64,000 nt of DNA from contig CAWHWQ010000001.1 of NCBI GenBank assembly GCA_963833095.1, positions 32,001-96,000 on the forward strand, given 5' to 3'. The stretch's first letter is position 1; every line of letters starts with the position of its first letter. A program made the position numbers and the translations under genes. Positions 12,306-21,825 of the stretch are shown here, one piece after another. The notes beneath the pieces are model-generated. The model was not told where the DNA came from. It was given only the letters and a program-made list of their open reading frames with translations, and made no database searches. This DNA comes from Vulcanimicrobiota bacterium (lineage in GTDB: Bacteria; Vulcanimicrobiota; Vulcanimicrobiia; Vulcanimicrobiales; Vulcanimicrobiaceae).

Positions 12306-14067
12306 ACGCGGACCTGCGGTTGCGACCAGATGTCGATCTGCTCGAGGTCGCGCATGATCGTGCCAAAGTCGTCGAAGGTGAGCGCCTGTTCCTTATCACT
12401 CTTGGCTTCGGGCGGATTGGGATGCACCTCGATGAGCAACCCGTGCGCGCCGACGGCTTTGGCCGCGCGGCACAGCGGGCGCACCCAGCGGCGCACGCCG
12501 ACCCCGTGGCTCGGATCGACCCACACCGGCAGATGCGAGCGCTCCCGTAACACGGGTACCGCCGAGAGATCGAGCGTGTTGCGCGTGGCCTGTTCGAACG
12601 TACGAATGCCGCGTTCGCACAGAATCACGTTGGGATTGCCTTCGGAGAGAATGTACTCGGCTGCGGCAAGTAGCTCGTCGACCGTTGCGGCTAGGCCGCG
12701 CTTGAGCAACACCGGACGCCCGCAGCGCCCGACGGCTTTGAGCAGATCGAAGTTCTGCATGTTGCGCGCGCCGATTTGCAAAACGTCGATTTGCGCGGCC
12801 ATGCGCTCGACCTGATCGATCGTCATCACCTCGCTCACCGTCGGAAGGCCGCTCGCACGCCCCGCTTCAGCGAGCAGCGACACGCCTTCCCAGCCCAGGC
12901 CTTGAAAGGCATACGGGCTGGTGCGCGGTTTGAACGCACCGCCGCGCAACATCACCGCGCCGTGCGCCGCGACCGAACGCGCCGTGTCGAGAATCTGTTC
13001 GCGCGATTCGACCGAACACGGGCCTGCCACGATCGTGAACTCGCCGTCGCCGACGCGCACGCCGCCGATCTGCAGCGTGGTCCCCGGCGGATTTGCCGCG
13101 CGCGAAACACGTGGAAAGGGCGAATCGGCAATCGCGGGCGGCGGAGCGATTTCACGCACCAGTTCGACCAGCGCTTTAGGCGGATCGTCGTTGCGCCCGA
13201 TCGGCTCGCCGACATGCGCGTCGTAGCTCCCTAGCACGGTCAGCGTCTTGCAGGCCTTCTTCAGCTCAGCGAGCGCGTCCGCGACATTCGCATCGTCGAG
13301 ATCACCGTCGAAGTCGACATAAAAGACGCGCTCGGTTCCGTAACCCAGGTGCGGCTTGGACTCGAGCTTGTCGCCGTTGATATTGCGGCTGGCGAGAATG
13401 GCCAGCGCGCCCGCGAGCGACCCCGTGCGCTCCTCGACGGAAAAGATCAGCGACGTCTTGCGCCGCGCAGCTCTTTCGCTAGCGCAAGCACCGGGTTCGA
13501 TGCGCCGCTGTGGCGCGGCCGTACGATGAGGAAGCGCGAGTAGGTACGCGGGTCGTCGCTGCAGTGCGTGGCCAGTTCAATCAAGTCGTAGATCGAGGCG
13601 GCGGCGGGTGAAGCAAGGGCGGCGATCGCCGGATTGCCGCCCCGCGCGACCTCGCGCGCAGCGACGCCGGTGTCTTCGCATGGAATCGCGCGCGCATGAT
13701 CGAGTCCGGCAAGAAACGCGCCGCACTCCGCGAGCACCAGCGGATGGGCGAGAACTTCGCGCACGTCGCGCAGTTCCGCACCACGCACGCCGAGCAGACG
13801 GTGGTCGGTGCGCCACTGAATCTCAGAGACCGGCACGAGATCGAACTCGGCAAGCAGGTCGTAGCCTTCGCGTACCGTCCCGACGATCGCATTCTCGATC
13901 GGGATGACCCCGATCGCGGCACGCGCACCGGCCACGGCGGTTGCCATCTCGCGAAAGCTGGGAAGGCCCACGGTCGGCATTTCGATGCCGTGTTCGCGCA
14001 AAAAGTGCCCGAGCACGAGCTGCGAGTAGGCTCCATCGACTCCTTGGTAGACCGCTGTCATTGCCAT
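12302..14067 (-). CDS. Prephenate-dehydratase-like + ACT + type I-beta DAHP synthase fusion (1-nt frameshift near 13467)
   Basis: PDT fold in 13447-14067; after a shift the frame reads RKTSLIFSVEERTGSLAGAL...LESKP...FYVDFDG...VLGSY straight into DAHP synthase (AGPCSVES, GGAFKPRTS, IGARNMQN, LKRG, CERG, DPSH). Confidence 0.85.
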
Positions 14068-14079
14068 TGCCCCTGATTG

Positions 14080-14116
14080 AAAAAGAACGAGTCCCCACTT
14101 CGGCGGGGACTCGTTC
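14080..14116 (-). terminator. Attenuator terminator of the aromatic amino-acid operon
   Basis: GAACGAGTCCCCGC-CGAA-GTGGGGACTCGTTC followed by TTTTT, just upstream of the first start codon. Confidence 0.85.
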
Positions 14117-14157
14117 GTGCATTTTACGCGTGTTCTGCGGCTTCTTGCCGGCCAGCC

Positions 14158-14238
14158 TTATGCGTGCGCGAATCCCCTTGGGCCACCCAGGCCAAAGTAG
14201 TAATACCAAAACGCGTAGCTAAAGCTGTGGACAGTCAC
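14158..14238 (-). CDS. Leader peptide MTVHSFSYAFWYYYFGLGGPRGFAHA (26 aa)
   Basis: GTG..TAA read directly; six consecutive aromatic codons FWYYYF; TTGACA at 14277-14272 upstream. Confidence 0.85.
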   Translation of the reverse strand: MTVHSFSYAFWYYYFGLGGPRGFAHA

Positions 14239-14285
14239 GTTGCGGCTATGCAATCACATCCCGGCGGCGCCTGTCAAGCCGCGAG

Positions 14286-14669
14286 CTAGGAATTGAGCAC
14301 CTTTCGGAGCTCTGCGGCGATCTCGGTATGGCTGTAGCCGCGGTGGCGCAGCGAATCCACAAAGCGTAGCGCCGCGTCGGCAAGGGCGTTCGATCGCGCG
14401 CGCCGGTCGGTCGCGGGCGTCTTACTCGCCACGCGGGTCCCACGCCTCCCCTCGCTGACCAACCACCCCGCATCCTGGAGATCCGCGTAGGCTCGCGCCA
14501 CGGTGTTGGGCGCAACGCCTAAATCCCCCGCGAGTTGGCGCACCGTCGGCAAGGGCGCATCGGGCGCGAGCGTACCGCGCTCGACCGCCGCACGAATCTG
14601 CTCGAAGATCTGTTGATAGGGCGGCGTTTCGATTTGCGGATCAACCGCGATGAGCGCGTCGTCGGACAT
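14286..14669 (-). CDS. GntR-family (YtrA-like) transcriptional regulator
   Basis: PYQQIFEQI, LPTVRQLA, NTVARAY, GRRGTRV; short C-terminal domain. Confidence 0.92.
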   Translation of the reverse strand: MSDDALIAVDPQIETPPYQQIFEQIRAAVERGTLAPDAPLPTVRQLAGDLGVAPNTVARAYADLQDAGWLVSEGRRGTRVASKTPATDRRARSNALADAALRFVDSLRHRGYSHTEIAAELRKVLNS

Positions 14670-14673
14670 TTGC

Positions 14674-15441
14674 CTAACGAAAAACCACGATCGCGCGACG
14701 CACGAGCAAAGGGACGACGAATCCGCACCACGCGCCGAAAACTAGGACATAGGCTATCCTATGGAGCAGCGTGCCCGGCGTATGCACCGAGACCATTGCA
14801 ACGAAAACCAGCGGGACGCCCATGCCGACGGCAAACAATCCGAGCACGCGACAACGGCGGATTCGATTATCGACATAAAGTTCGGTTTCTGGATCGCTGC
14901 CCGACATAATCGACGCCATTGAGTTTGACGCGACGGCAAAGCCAAACGTCGCGAGCGCGGCGAGCGTGACGCAGATCGATGCAATCGCGGATTGCGGCGC
15001 GTCGAGAAAGGCCAGTGGCGCGACGGATACTATCGCCGCGGCTGGATACCAAGGCAGCGGAACGACGGAGGTCAGGGTGCGTGGCGCGAGCGCTGCGGCG
15101 CGCGTCGCTCCGCGATTGCGAAGTCGCAGATACGACGTTCCCAAACTTGTCACGAAGGCGCACGTGCCGAATCCGTAGCCGATGATCCCGCTAAGTGCGC
15201 CTCCGAGTACCGCGGCGCCGAGCAGAACGTTGATGATTCCCGGGATATACCAGGCGGCGAGCGGAAGCGCTTCGAGCTCTTGACGGCGCGCGACGGTTTC
15301 ATAGAGTCCTGGCAAGCAATCGTCGCGGAAGTACCGGCGCAGATCGTTCAACGCGCGGGCGCGTACGACCAAGTACATACCGAATCCGACGAGGAAGAGC
15401 CCAAGATACCAACGTTCGAACGCCATGTTCCAAATCATCAT
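14674..15441 (-). CDS. Multi-pass membrane protein
   Basis: About 6-7 hydrophobic segments; immediately upstream of the GntR gene. Confidence 0.7.
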   Translation of the reverse strand: MMIWNMAFERWYLGLFLVGFGMYLVVRARALNDLRRYFRDDCLPGLYETVARRQELEALPLAAWYIPGIINVLLGAAVLGGALSGIIGYGFGTCAFVTSLGTSYLRLRNRGATRAAALAPRTLTSVVPLPWYPAAAIVSVAPLAFLDAPQSAIASICVTLAALATFGFAVASNSMASIMSGSDPETELYVDNRIRRCRVLGLFAVGMGVPLVFVAMVSVHTPGTLLHRIAYVLVFGAWCGFVVPLLVRRAIVVFR

Positions 15442-15480
15442 TGTATCTATATACTAATACAAACCTAGGTTTTGTGTCAA
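15441..15480 (-). promoter_or_regulatory. Promoter with overlapping YtrA-type GntR operator
   Basis: TTGACA (15480-15475), 18 bp spacer, TAGTAT; inverted repeat TTGTAT-N10-ATACAA at 15441-15462. Confidence 0.65.
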
Positions 15481-15559
15481 TCCCTTAGAACAATGGCTCA
15501 ACGCTGCGCGTTGACCTTTAGCGTTCGGCCTTTGGCCGATCCGCCCACGGAATGAGACG

Positions 15560-16699
15560 TTGAAAGATAGACTAGGCGTACTTGATGGGATGCGCGGTAT
15601 CGCCGTGCTGCTCGTGCTGTGGTACCACATTTGGGAGATCTCGTGGCTGCCTGCGCCGGAACCGTGGCTGCAATGGATTCCCGAAACGGGCTTCATCGGC
15701 GTCCATCTCTTCTTCTTTCTGAGCGGCTTCGTCATTACGTTTCCGTTCGTGCGCGCGCAGTTCGCGGGCGAGCCGCAGCCGGCGTGGGGCCACTTTGCGT
15801 GGCGGCGCTTCATCAAGATCGTCCCATCCTACGTGCTCTCGATCGTGGTCGCATACGCGATTGGCTATGATGTGCTGTGCCGCGCGGGCGCGGCGCCTTG
15901 GCAAGAGATCGTCACCCACCTGCTCTTCATCCATACCTGGTTTCAATCAACGTACGGGTCGATCAACGGCGTGCTCTGGACGCTCGCGGTCGAAGTCGAG
16001 TTCTATCTGATCTTTCCGTTGGTGTGGTGGTGCTTTTCGCGGCGCCCATTGCTGACCGTCGTCGTCATGATCGCGATTTCCGAGCTGTGGCGTATGCACG
16101 CGGCGCAGTGCTGCTTTGCCGATCAGATGCCGCTGCTGGTTGAAAACCTCCCCGGCTATCTCGACATCTTCGCCTGCGGAATGCTCTCCGCATGGCTGTT
16201 CGCACGCTTTGGCCACCAGCTGCGTGCGCCGGGCATATCGCTCGTTATGCCGATGCTCGCCATCGCGGGCGCCTGGCTCCTGTGCACGCTCCTGATTCAC
16301 ATGTTCGACCATCGCATGGATCCGCAGTGGCAAACGGCGCTGCAGATTTATACGCGCCCGCTGTATGGCGTGAGCTTCGCCGCGATCGCGATCGGCTCGC
16401 TGGCGGCCCCGCGCGCATGGCAAGCGCTGCTCGCGAATCCGCCGCTGCGCTTTCTCGCCATCATCTCATACAATCTCTACCTGTATCACCAACTAGTCGC
16501 TCGCGAGATGGTCAACAACCACATCCCGGCATATTTCGGCGATCCGCACTACGATCCGGTATGGCGGGTCCGCTACACGATCCTCGCCTTCATCGTGACC
16601 GTCGTGCAGGCGGCAATCGTGACCTATCTGGTGGAGCGCCCGCTCCTGCGCTTGCCGCAACCGCGTCTTCTTTCACGTATACGGGGGCACTCACCGTGA
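15560..16699 (+). CDS. Membrane O-acyltransferase (acyltransferase 3 / OafA family)
   Basis: LDGMRGIAV, VHLFFFLSGFVI, WTLAVEVEFY, ISYNLYLYH. Confidence 0.92.
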   Translation: MKDRLGVLDGMRGIAVLLVLWYHIWEISWLPAPEPWLQWIPETGFIGVHLFFFLSGFVITFPFVRAQFAGEPQPAWGHFAWRRFIKIVPSYVLSIVVAYAIGYDVLCRAGAAPWQEIVTHLLFIHTWFQSTYGSINGVLWTLAVEVEFYLIFPLVWWCFSRRPLLTVVVMIAISELWRMHAAQCCFADQMPLLVENLPGYLDIFACGMLSAWLFARFGHQLRAPGISLVMPMLAIAGAWLLCTLLIHMFDHRMDPQWQTALQIYTRPLYGVSFAAIAIGSLAAPRAWQALLANPPLRFLAIISYNLYLYHQLVAREMVNNHIPAYFGDPHYDPVWRVRYTILAFIVTVVQAAIVTYLVERPLLRLPQPRLLSRIRGHSP

Positions 16700-16700
16700 T

Positions 16701-17138
16701 GTGCGCCACATCGAACGCGGTGACAGCCTGGTCGAAGTCGTTGTAGCGGTCGCGATTATCGCGGTGGCCGCCGGCACGCTCGGCGCCGCTACGATTGCCG
16801 CAGTCCACCGCTTCGGTCCGGATCCACTCCAAAGTGCGCTCGAAGCAGCGGTGACCCGCGAGATGCGAATCGCCGTCGACATCATGAAATATCAAGGCGC
16901 GAGACTGCCAACGACGACGGTCGCGACCGCAGTCCCATTACCGAGCGGCTCGCCGCTGCCGGTGCACCTGTCGCTCTCGACCACGACGGCCGCAAGCGGC
17001 GCGGTGACGATCGTGCTTTCGGCAAGCGACGATAACGACACCACGAAAAGCGCGACGCTGAGTCAAACGATCGCGGCGCCCGCGCCGCTCCCCGGCGCAC
17101 GTCTTCCGGCAAGCAGCAACGGCGCGGCGCCACAGTGA
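16701..17138 (+). CDS. Prepilin/pseudopilin-like protein
   Basis: RG|DSLVEVVVAVAIIAV, class III signal-like with E at +5. Confidence 0.65.
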   Translation: MRHIERGDSLVEVVVAVAIIAVAAGTLGAATIAAVHRFGPDPLQSALEAAVTREMRIAVDIMKYQGARLPTTTVATAVPLPSGSPLPVHLSLSTTTAASGAVTIVLSASDDNDTTKSATLSQTIAAPAPLPGARLPASSNGAAPQ

Positions 17139-17803
17139 TGCTGCTGCGCACCCTATTTTTGCTCGCGCTCCTCGCCGTGCTTGGAGAAACGATCGTGCAC
17201 GGCGCTGCTTCACTCGCCCAAGCTGCGCTCCGGCAGCGCGCCCTCGACGCCGCTCGCCTGGCTTTCGTCAGCGGCGTGCGGGCTGCGCAGGCCTCGGTTG
17301 CGCAGAGCGTTGCGGCGAATCCGCAGGCGTCGAGCTTCGCCGCGCCCGCGCCGATCGAAACCTGCGCCTACGCCGACGCGAACGGCTGCGAGCTCAACGT
17401 ACAAACGCATTTTGTAGCGCAGTCTGCCGCGCCGGCGCCTTCCTCGTGCCCCGGGACCGCCTGCACCATCGTGTTGCAGAACAATAGCGCGGTGAGCGAA
17501 ACGCGCGCCTCGTTTGTCATCGCAAGTGTCGTTAGTGCCACGAGCGGTGCCACGGTCGCTTCACGCAGCGGAATCGTCGCGTTTCGCACCTTTGCTGCAG
17601 CGCCCTACGCATCGATCGTCGGCGGAGCCGACGCGACGCTCGATGCGCTCTTCAACGGCGGAGCCGGCGACGACGCCGGTGCCCCTAATACCCTCATCAA
17701 CGTTGAATATGATCCCAACGCCGGCGGCGCGAGCACCGCGGGAAACGTATGGCAGCCGGCAATCGAGAGCCCCGCCTCGGCCGCGCCCGCCTGGGATCAT
17801 TAG
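17135..17803 (+). CDS. Hypothetical protein with N-terminal hydrophobic anchor (minor pilin-like)
   Basis: Overlaps the stop of the prepilin gene; Cys pairs. Confidence 0.55.
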   Translation: MMLLRTLFLLALLAVLGETIVHGAASLAQAALRQRALDAARLAFVSGVRAAQASVAQSVAANPQASSFAAPAPIETCAYADANGCELNVQTHFVAQSAAPAPSSCPGTACTIVLQNNSAVSETRASFVIASVVSATSGATVASRSGIVAFRTFAAAPYASIVGGADATLDALFNGGAGDDAGAPNTLINVEYDPNAGGASTAGNVWQPAIESPASAAPAWDH

Positions 17804-18588
17804 CCGGCGAATCGCCGAATCGCCTCGGCAACGTCGTCAGGCGCTTCGATCGGAAGGTTGTGTCCGGTATCGCGTAATTGAACGAAGAGCGCGCCGCCGA
17901 TTGCGCCCGTCACGTCGCGCTTTATTTGCGAAGCCGACACGAGTGGATCGTTGCTCCCCGCAATCGCCAAGACCGGCACGCTAATCGAGGCAAGGCGTTC
18001 GGTGAACTCACTCACCCGACCGGTATCATACCAGCCTGTCCAGTGCTCGTACGAGGCGACGAGCGCGTCATCGACGATCCGCTCCATGACTGCGGCAGCA
18101 ACTTCACGCTGCATCGCCGAGCGCTGGAACCGTTCGATTCGCGCGCGCGACCCGTAGGTCTCGAGCGTCAGCGCGCGGTGGCGCGGCGACGGGCGCGCCG
18201 GACGCGCTGTTCCTGGTGCAACCAAAATCATGCGCTCGAGATTGGGCGGCTGCTCGGAGGCGACGTATTGTGCCAGCTTTCCGCCCATCGAATGGCCGAC
18301 GAGTGTCACCGACGTCGCGATCGACACCAGCGCCGCGCGCAAATCGCTCGCATAACCCTCGAGGTCGTGTCCCTCGCGCGGGCGATCCGAGCGCCCACAT
18401 CCGCGGAAATCCAGCATATGGAGCGTGAAGGCGGTAAGGTCGAGACGTTCGGCGACGTCATACCACATGCGACGCGACGAGATCCAACCATGAGCGAAGA
18501 GCACGTGCCTTGGCCCGGATCCGCGACGCTCACAGCACAATCGGAGCGAACCGTTTTCAAGAAAGGGCATGAACTGACTCATCGTCAC
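17800..18588 (-). CDS. Alpha/beta hydrolase
   Basis: HGW, DFRGCGRS, GHSMGG, GSNDP, GHNLP. Confidence 0.92.
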   Translation of the reverse strand: MTMSQFMPFLENGSLRLCCERRGSGPRHVLFAHGWISSRRMWYDVAERLDLTAFTLHMLDFRGCGRSDRPREGHDLEGYASDLRAALVSIATSVTLVGHSMGGKLAQYVASEQPPNLERMILVAPGTARPARPSPRHRALTLETYGSRARIERFQRSAMQREVAAAVMERIVDDALVASYEHWTGWYDTGRVSEFTERLASISVPVLAIAGSNDPLVSASQIKRDVTGAIGGALFVQLRDTGHNLPIEAPDDVAEAIRRFAG

Positions 18589-18595
18589 ACGAAGC

Positions 18596-19519
18596 TTGCG
18601 CGTAATCGTGCCGCGCCGCCTGCTTATCTACGGTGCATTGCTCTACGTTGTACTCGCTTGGGCGATCAATATGATCGTCGCAAAGCAGGCCATCGAGCAG
18701 ATGAACCCGCTCGCCTTCACCTTTGTGCGTTTTCTGATCATGACGCCCCTTGCGTTTATACTTGTATGGGTTACGGGCGGTCGCATCCATATCGAGCGCC
18801 GCGACATTCCCGCATTCCTGCTCTGTGGCGCGTGCGGTTTCGGTCTGTACCAATACTTTTGGATACTCGGTCTTGCGCACACCACGCCTTTTGCGACCGC
18901 GCTCCTGGGCGCAACCTCACCAATCTTCACGCTAGCGATCGTAGCTCTCGCCGGGCACGAGCATGTGCGGCCCGGGCGATGGCTTGGCGTGGGGATCGCG
19001 CTGTTCGGCGTCGCGATCTTCGAAGGCGCGTTTTCCGGCAACGCAGCGATGCGTATCGGCGATCTACTGGTCCTTGCCTCTGCTGCCGTCTTTGCAGGCT
19101 ATAACGTGGTTGGTTCCCGGCTCATGGCGCGCTACCAGCCGCTGGAGTTGCTCGCGATCGGCCTGACGATCGGCGCTATCATGCTCGTTCCCGGCGGCGT
19201 ACCGGCACTGTTGCACACAAATCTTCCGGCGCTCGGATGGGACGTATGGTGGCGCGTCCTGTACGCTACGCTCTTTCCCATCCTCCTCACCTATCCGGTC
19301 TGGATCTGGGGAATCAACAAACTCGGCGCCGGAAAAGGATCGATCGTTCAATTCCTCATGCCCGTTTTCACCGGCATCCTGAGCGTCCCGATCTTGCACG
19401 CCGAGTTTCTTCCTTACGAATTGATCGGCGCGATCGTCTGCCTGGGTGGTATGTTCTTTGCCTTCGCGCTCGGCCGTTCGGGACGACCGGATCCTACGTT
19501 GGAAGGTGAGTTAGCCTAA
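18596..19519 (+). CDS. DMT/EamA transporter
   Basis: About 10 TM helices in two repeats; TSPIFT, GDLLVL. Confidence 0.88.
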   Translation: MRVIVPRRLLIYGALLYVVLAWAINMIVAKQAIEQMNPLAFTFVRFLIMTPLAFILVWVTGGRIHIERRDIPAFLLCGACGFGLYQYFWILGLAHTTPFATALLGATSPIFTLAIVALAGHEHVRPGRWLGVGIALFGVAIFEGAFSGNAAMRIGDLLVLASAAVFAGYNVVGSRLMARYQPLELLAIGLTIGAIMLVPGGVPALLHTNLPALGWDVWWRVLYATLFPILLTYPVWIWGINKLGAGKGSIVQFLMPVFTGILSVPILHAEFLPYELIGAIVCLGGMFFAFALGRSGRPDPTLEGELA

Positions 19520-20266
19520 ACGGTCGCCGAATTCGAGCAGCATCGGCGCGTTCGCAACACGATCCAGAAAAGCGACTGGAACGGCTTGCGCGGAGTCGAC
19601 TTGGCTGGGCTGGTTCTGTGCATGCACGTGAAGGTGCGCGCGGCTTGTGGTTCCCGAATTTCCGCAGCGTCCAATCTCATCGCCCGCGTGGACGCCTTCC
19701 CCGACGCGAACGATCACCGACCCTTGACGCAAGTGCGCGAGGATCACGAAGCCGCCCGGCGTTTCGATCGAGACGTAGTTGCCGAACGGGCGCGCGCGAT
19801 CGTGCTGGCGCTGCGCCGGCGATGCATCGGGCCGACGATCCTCCATGTGCACGATCATTCCGTCGCACGGTGCGAGAATCGGCTGATCCCACGATTCGCC
19901 ATCTTCGCGCTCAAAGTCGTACGCGAAGTACTGATCGCCGCGACCGAGATGATGGTTGTGACGCGGATCAGGTCCACCGGATGTGACGAGCCAGCGATCG
20001 GCAAACGGCGGCTGGAGCACGAGGGGCCGATCCGATGCGCGAGCGAGCCAGCGCTTCGAGGCAGCTTGCGTGTTGAAGCGCTTCCAAAGCAAAAACGCGA
20101 CGATCGCGGCGACGGCGATCCAGAAACCCGGCACGCCGATCTGGGAATCCCAGAATACGACGAATCCGAAGCCTGCCGCGACCAAGACGAGAATCGTCAG
20201 ACTATTGGGAAAACGCACGTCGTGTCCACCTGCACATCGCCGCAAGGGTCGGCCCAGGAGGCGCAT
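19511..20266 (-). CDS. M23-family peptidase with membrane anchor (start probably nearer 20218)
   Basis: AYDF, FGNYV, AHLRQGS, GNSG..HLHVH. Confidence 0.85.
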   Translation of the reverse strand: MRLLGRPLRRCAGGHDVRFPNSLTILVLVAAGFGFVVFWDSQIGVPGFWIAVAAIVAFLLWKRFNTQAASKRWLARASDRPLVLQPPFADRWLVTSGGPDPRHNHHLGRGDQYFAYDFEREDGESWDQPILAPCDGMIVHMEDRRPDASPAQRQHDRARPFGNYVSIETPGGFVILAHLRQGSVIVRVGEGVHAGDEIGRCGNSGTTSRAHLHVHAQNQPSQVDSAQAVPVAFLDRVANAPMLLEFGDRLG

Positions 20267-20295
20267 AATTCCTGCCGCATGACGGTTCGAGACCG

Positions 20296-21822
20296 GTGAC
20301 TAGCATCGCATTAGCGTTTGCCACGTTCATACTGCATCTTTGCACCGCGTGGCGTTACGGCTATTTTCGTGACGAACTGTATTTTATCGCGTGCGGGCGT
20401 CATCTCGCGTGGGGCTACGTCGACCAACCGCCGCTCGTTGCGCTCGTCGCATGGCTCGCGCAGCCCGCAAACGATGGATTGATCGCGCTGCGGTTTTTGC
20501 CGTGCCTCGCTGCCGGCCTGACCACGTACGTTGCGATCCAGATCGCGCGCGACCTTGGCGGTGGACGCTTCGCACAGTGGCTGGCCGGTATCGCGGTGGC
20601 GTTGACTCCCGCCTATCTTCTGCTCGGCAATATCCTGACCACCACGTCGTTCGAACCGCTTTCGTGGACCCTGCTCATTTGGCTTGTCATCCCGAGCGTA
20701 GCGAAGCATAGTCGAGGGACCGACTCAAAAACATGGCTCGCACTCGCGGCCGCTGCGAGCTTTGGCCTGTACGGAAAGTATTCGATGGCGCTGCTGCTCG
20801 TCGCACTGCTCATCGGTTTGCTGGTTACCAAGGAGCGGCGCACCTTAGCAACAGCGTGGTTCCCCATTGCCGCGGCGATCGTTGCGATCGTTACGCTGCC
20901 GAACCTATTCTGGCAAGCCGCACACGGCTGGCCATTCTTCGCGGTGCTTCAAGGCGACACCGCGCATCGCCACGCCTTCAACAACGGCTGGCTGCTCGAA
21001 TCACAAAACCTCGCCGGCAACGCGCTCTCGTTCGCAACCGAACAGCTGGTATACACCAACCCGCTTGCTGCTCCCGTCTGGCTCGCCGGATTGATCGCAC
21101 CGTTTACTTGGACACGCATGCGCGAACTCCGATTTATCTCCGTAGCGTACATCGTGCTCTTCGTAGCCGCGGTAACGCTCGAGGCCAAGGGTTACTATAT
21201 CATCGGAGTCTACGGCACACTCCTCGCGATTGGTGCCGTGGTCTTCGAGCGCGCGTCTTTCTGGCTTCGCTCGGCACTATTTGTTGCCCTGACCGCGACG
21301 GCTGTTGCAACGATGCCGCTTTCGATTCCGGTTCTGTCAATCGACGGATTCATCGCCTATTCGCGCGTGCTCGGACTCACTGGGCGCAACGAGCCCGCTC
21401 ATCTCATTCAACCGGTCTATGCCGAAGAGTTCGGTTGGGAACGGCTCGCGCGCGACGTCGCCTCCGTGTACGACACGTTGCCGGTCGCGACACGCGGCGC
21501 AACGGCGATCTACGCCGACACCTACGCCGACGCGGGCGCAATCGATTTCTTCGGTCCAGCCGCCGCCCTTCCGAGCGCAATCGGCAGCCAAAATTCGTAT
21601 TGGCTCTGGGGAACGCATGGCTACGACGGAAAGAGCATGATTGCGATCGGCGCCACGCGCATCGACGTGTTGCGTCGATACTATCGTACATGCCGCCTCG
21701 TGCGAACCTCAGACGAACCACTCAAATGGGTGGTCGAAGGGCCCGCGCCGATCTACCTCTGCACCAGCCCGACCATGCCGCTGGAACAAATCTGGCCGCA
21801 CCTGCGCTGGTACGGCGCGTAG
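20296..21822 (+). CDS. GT-C fold glycosyltransferase (family 39 / ArnT-like)
   Basis: YFRDELYF, GYVDQPPL, multiple TMs, PNLFWQ. Confidence 0.88.
   Translation: MTSIALAFATFILHLCTAWRYGYFRDELYFIACGRHLAWGYVDQPPLVALVAWLAQPANDGLIALRFLPCLAAGLTTYVAIQIARDLGGGRFAQWLAGIAVALTPAYLLLGNILTTTSFEPLSWTLLIWLVIPSVAKHSRGTDSKTWLALAAAASFGLYGKYSMALLLVALLIGLLVTKERRTLATAWFPIAAAIVAIVTLPNLFWQAAHGWPFFAVLQGDTAHRHAFNNGWLLESQNLAGNALSFATEQLVYTNPLAAPVWLAGLIAPFTWTRMRELRFISVAYIVLFVAAVTLEAKGYYIIGVYGTLLAIGAVVFERASFWLRSALFVALTATAVATMPLSIPVLSIDGFIAYSRVLGLTGRNEPAHLIQPVYAEEFGWERLARDVASVYDTLPVATRGATAIYADTYADAGAIDFFGPAAALPSAIGSQNSYWLWGTHGYDGKSMIAIGATRIDVLRRYYRTCRLVRTSDEPLKWVVEGPAPIYLCTSPTMPLEQIWPHLRWYGA
20683..20724. repeat. REP-like repeat copy C, in frame within the glycosyltransferase
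   Basis: cttgtcatcccgagcgtagcgaagcatagtcgagggaccgac is the reverse complement of copy D without its central hairpin. Confidence 0.8.
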
Positions 21823-21825
21823 CCG

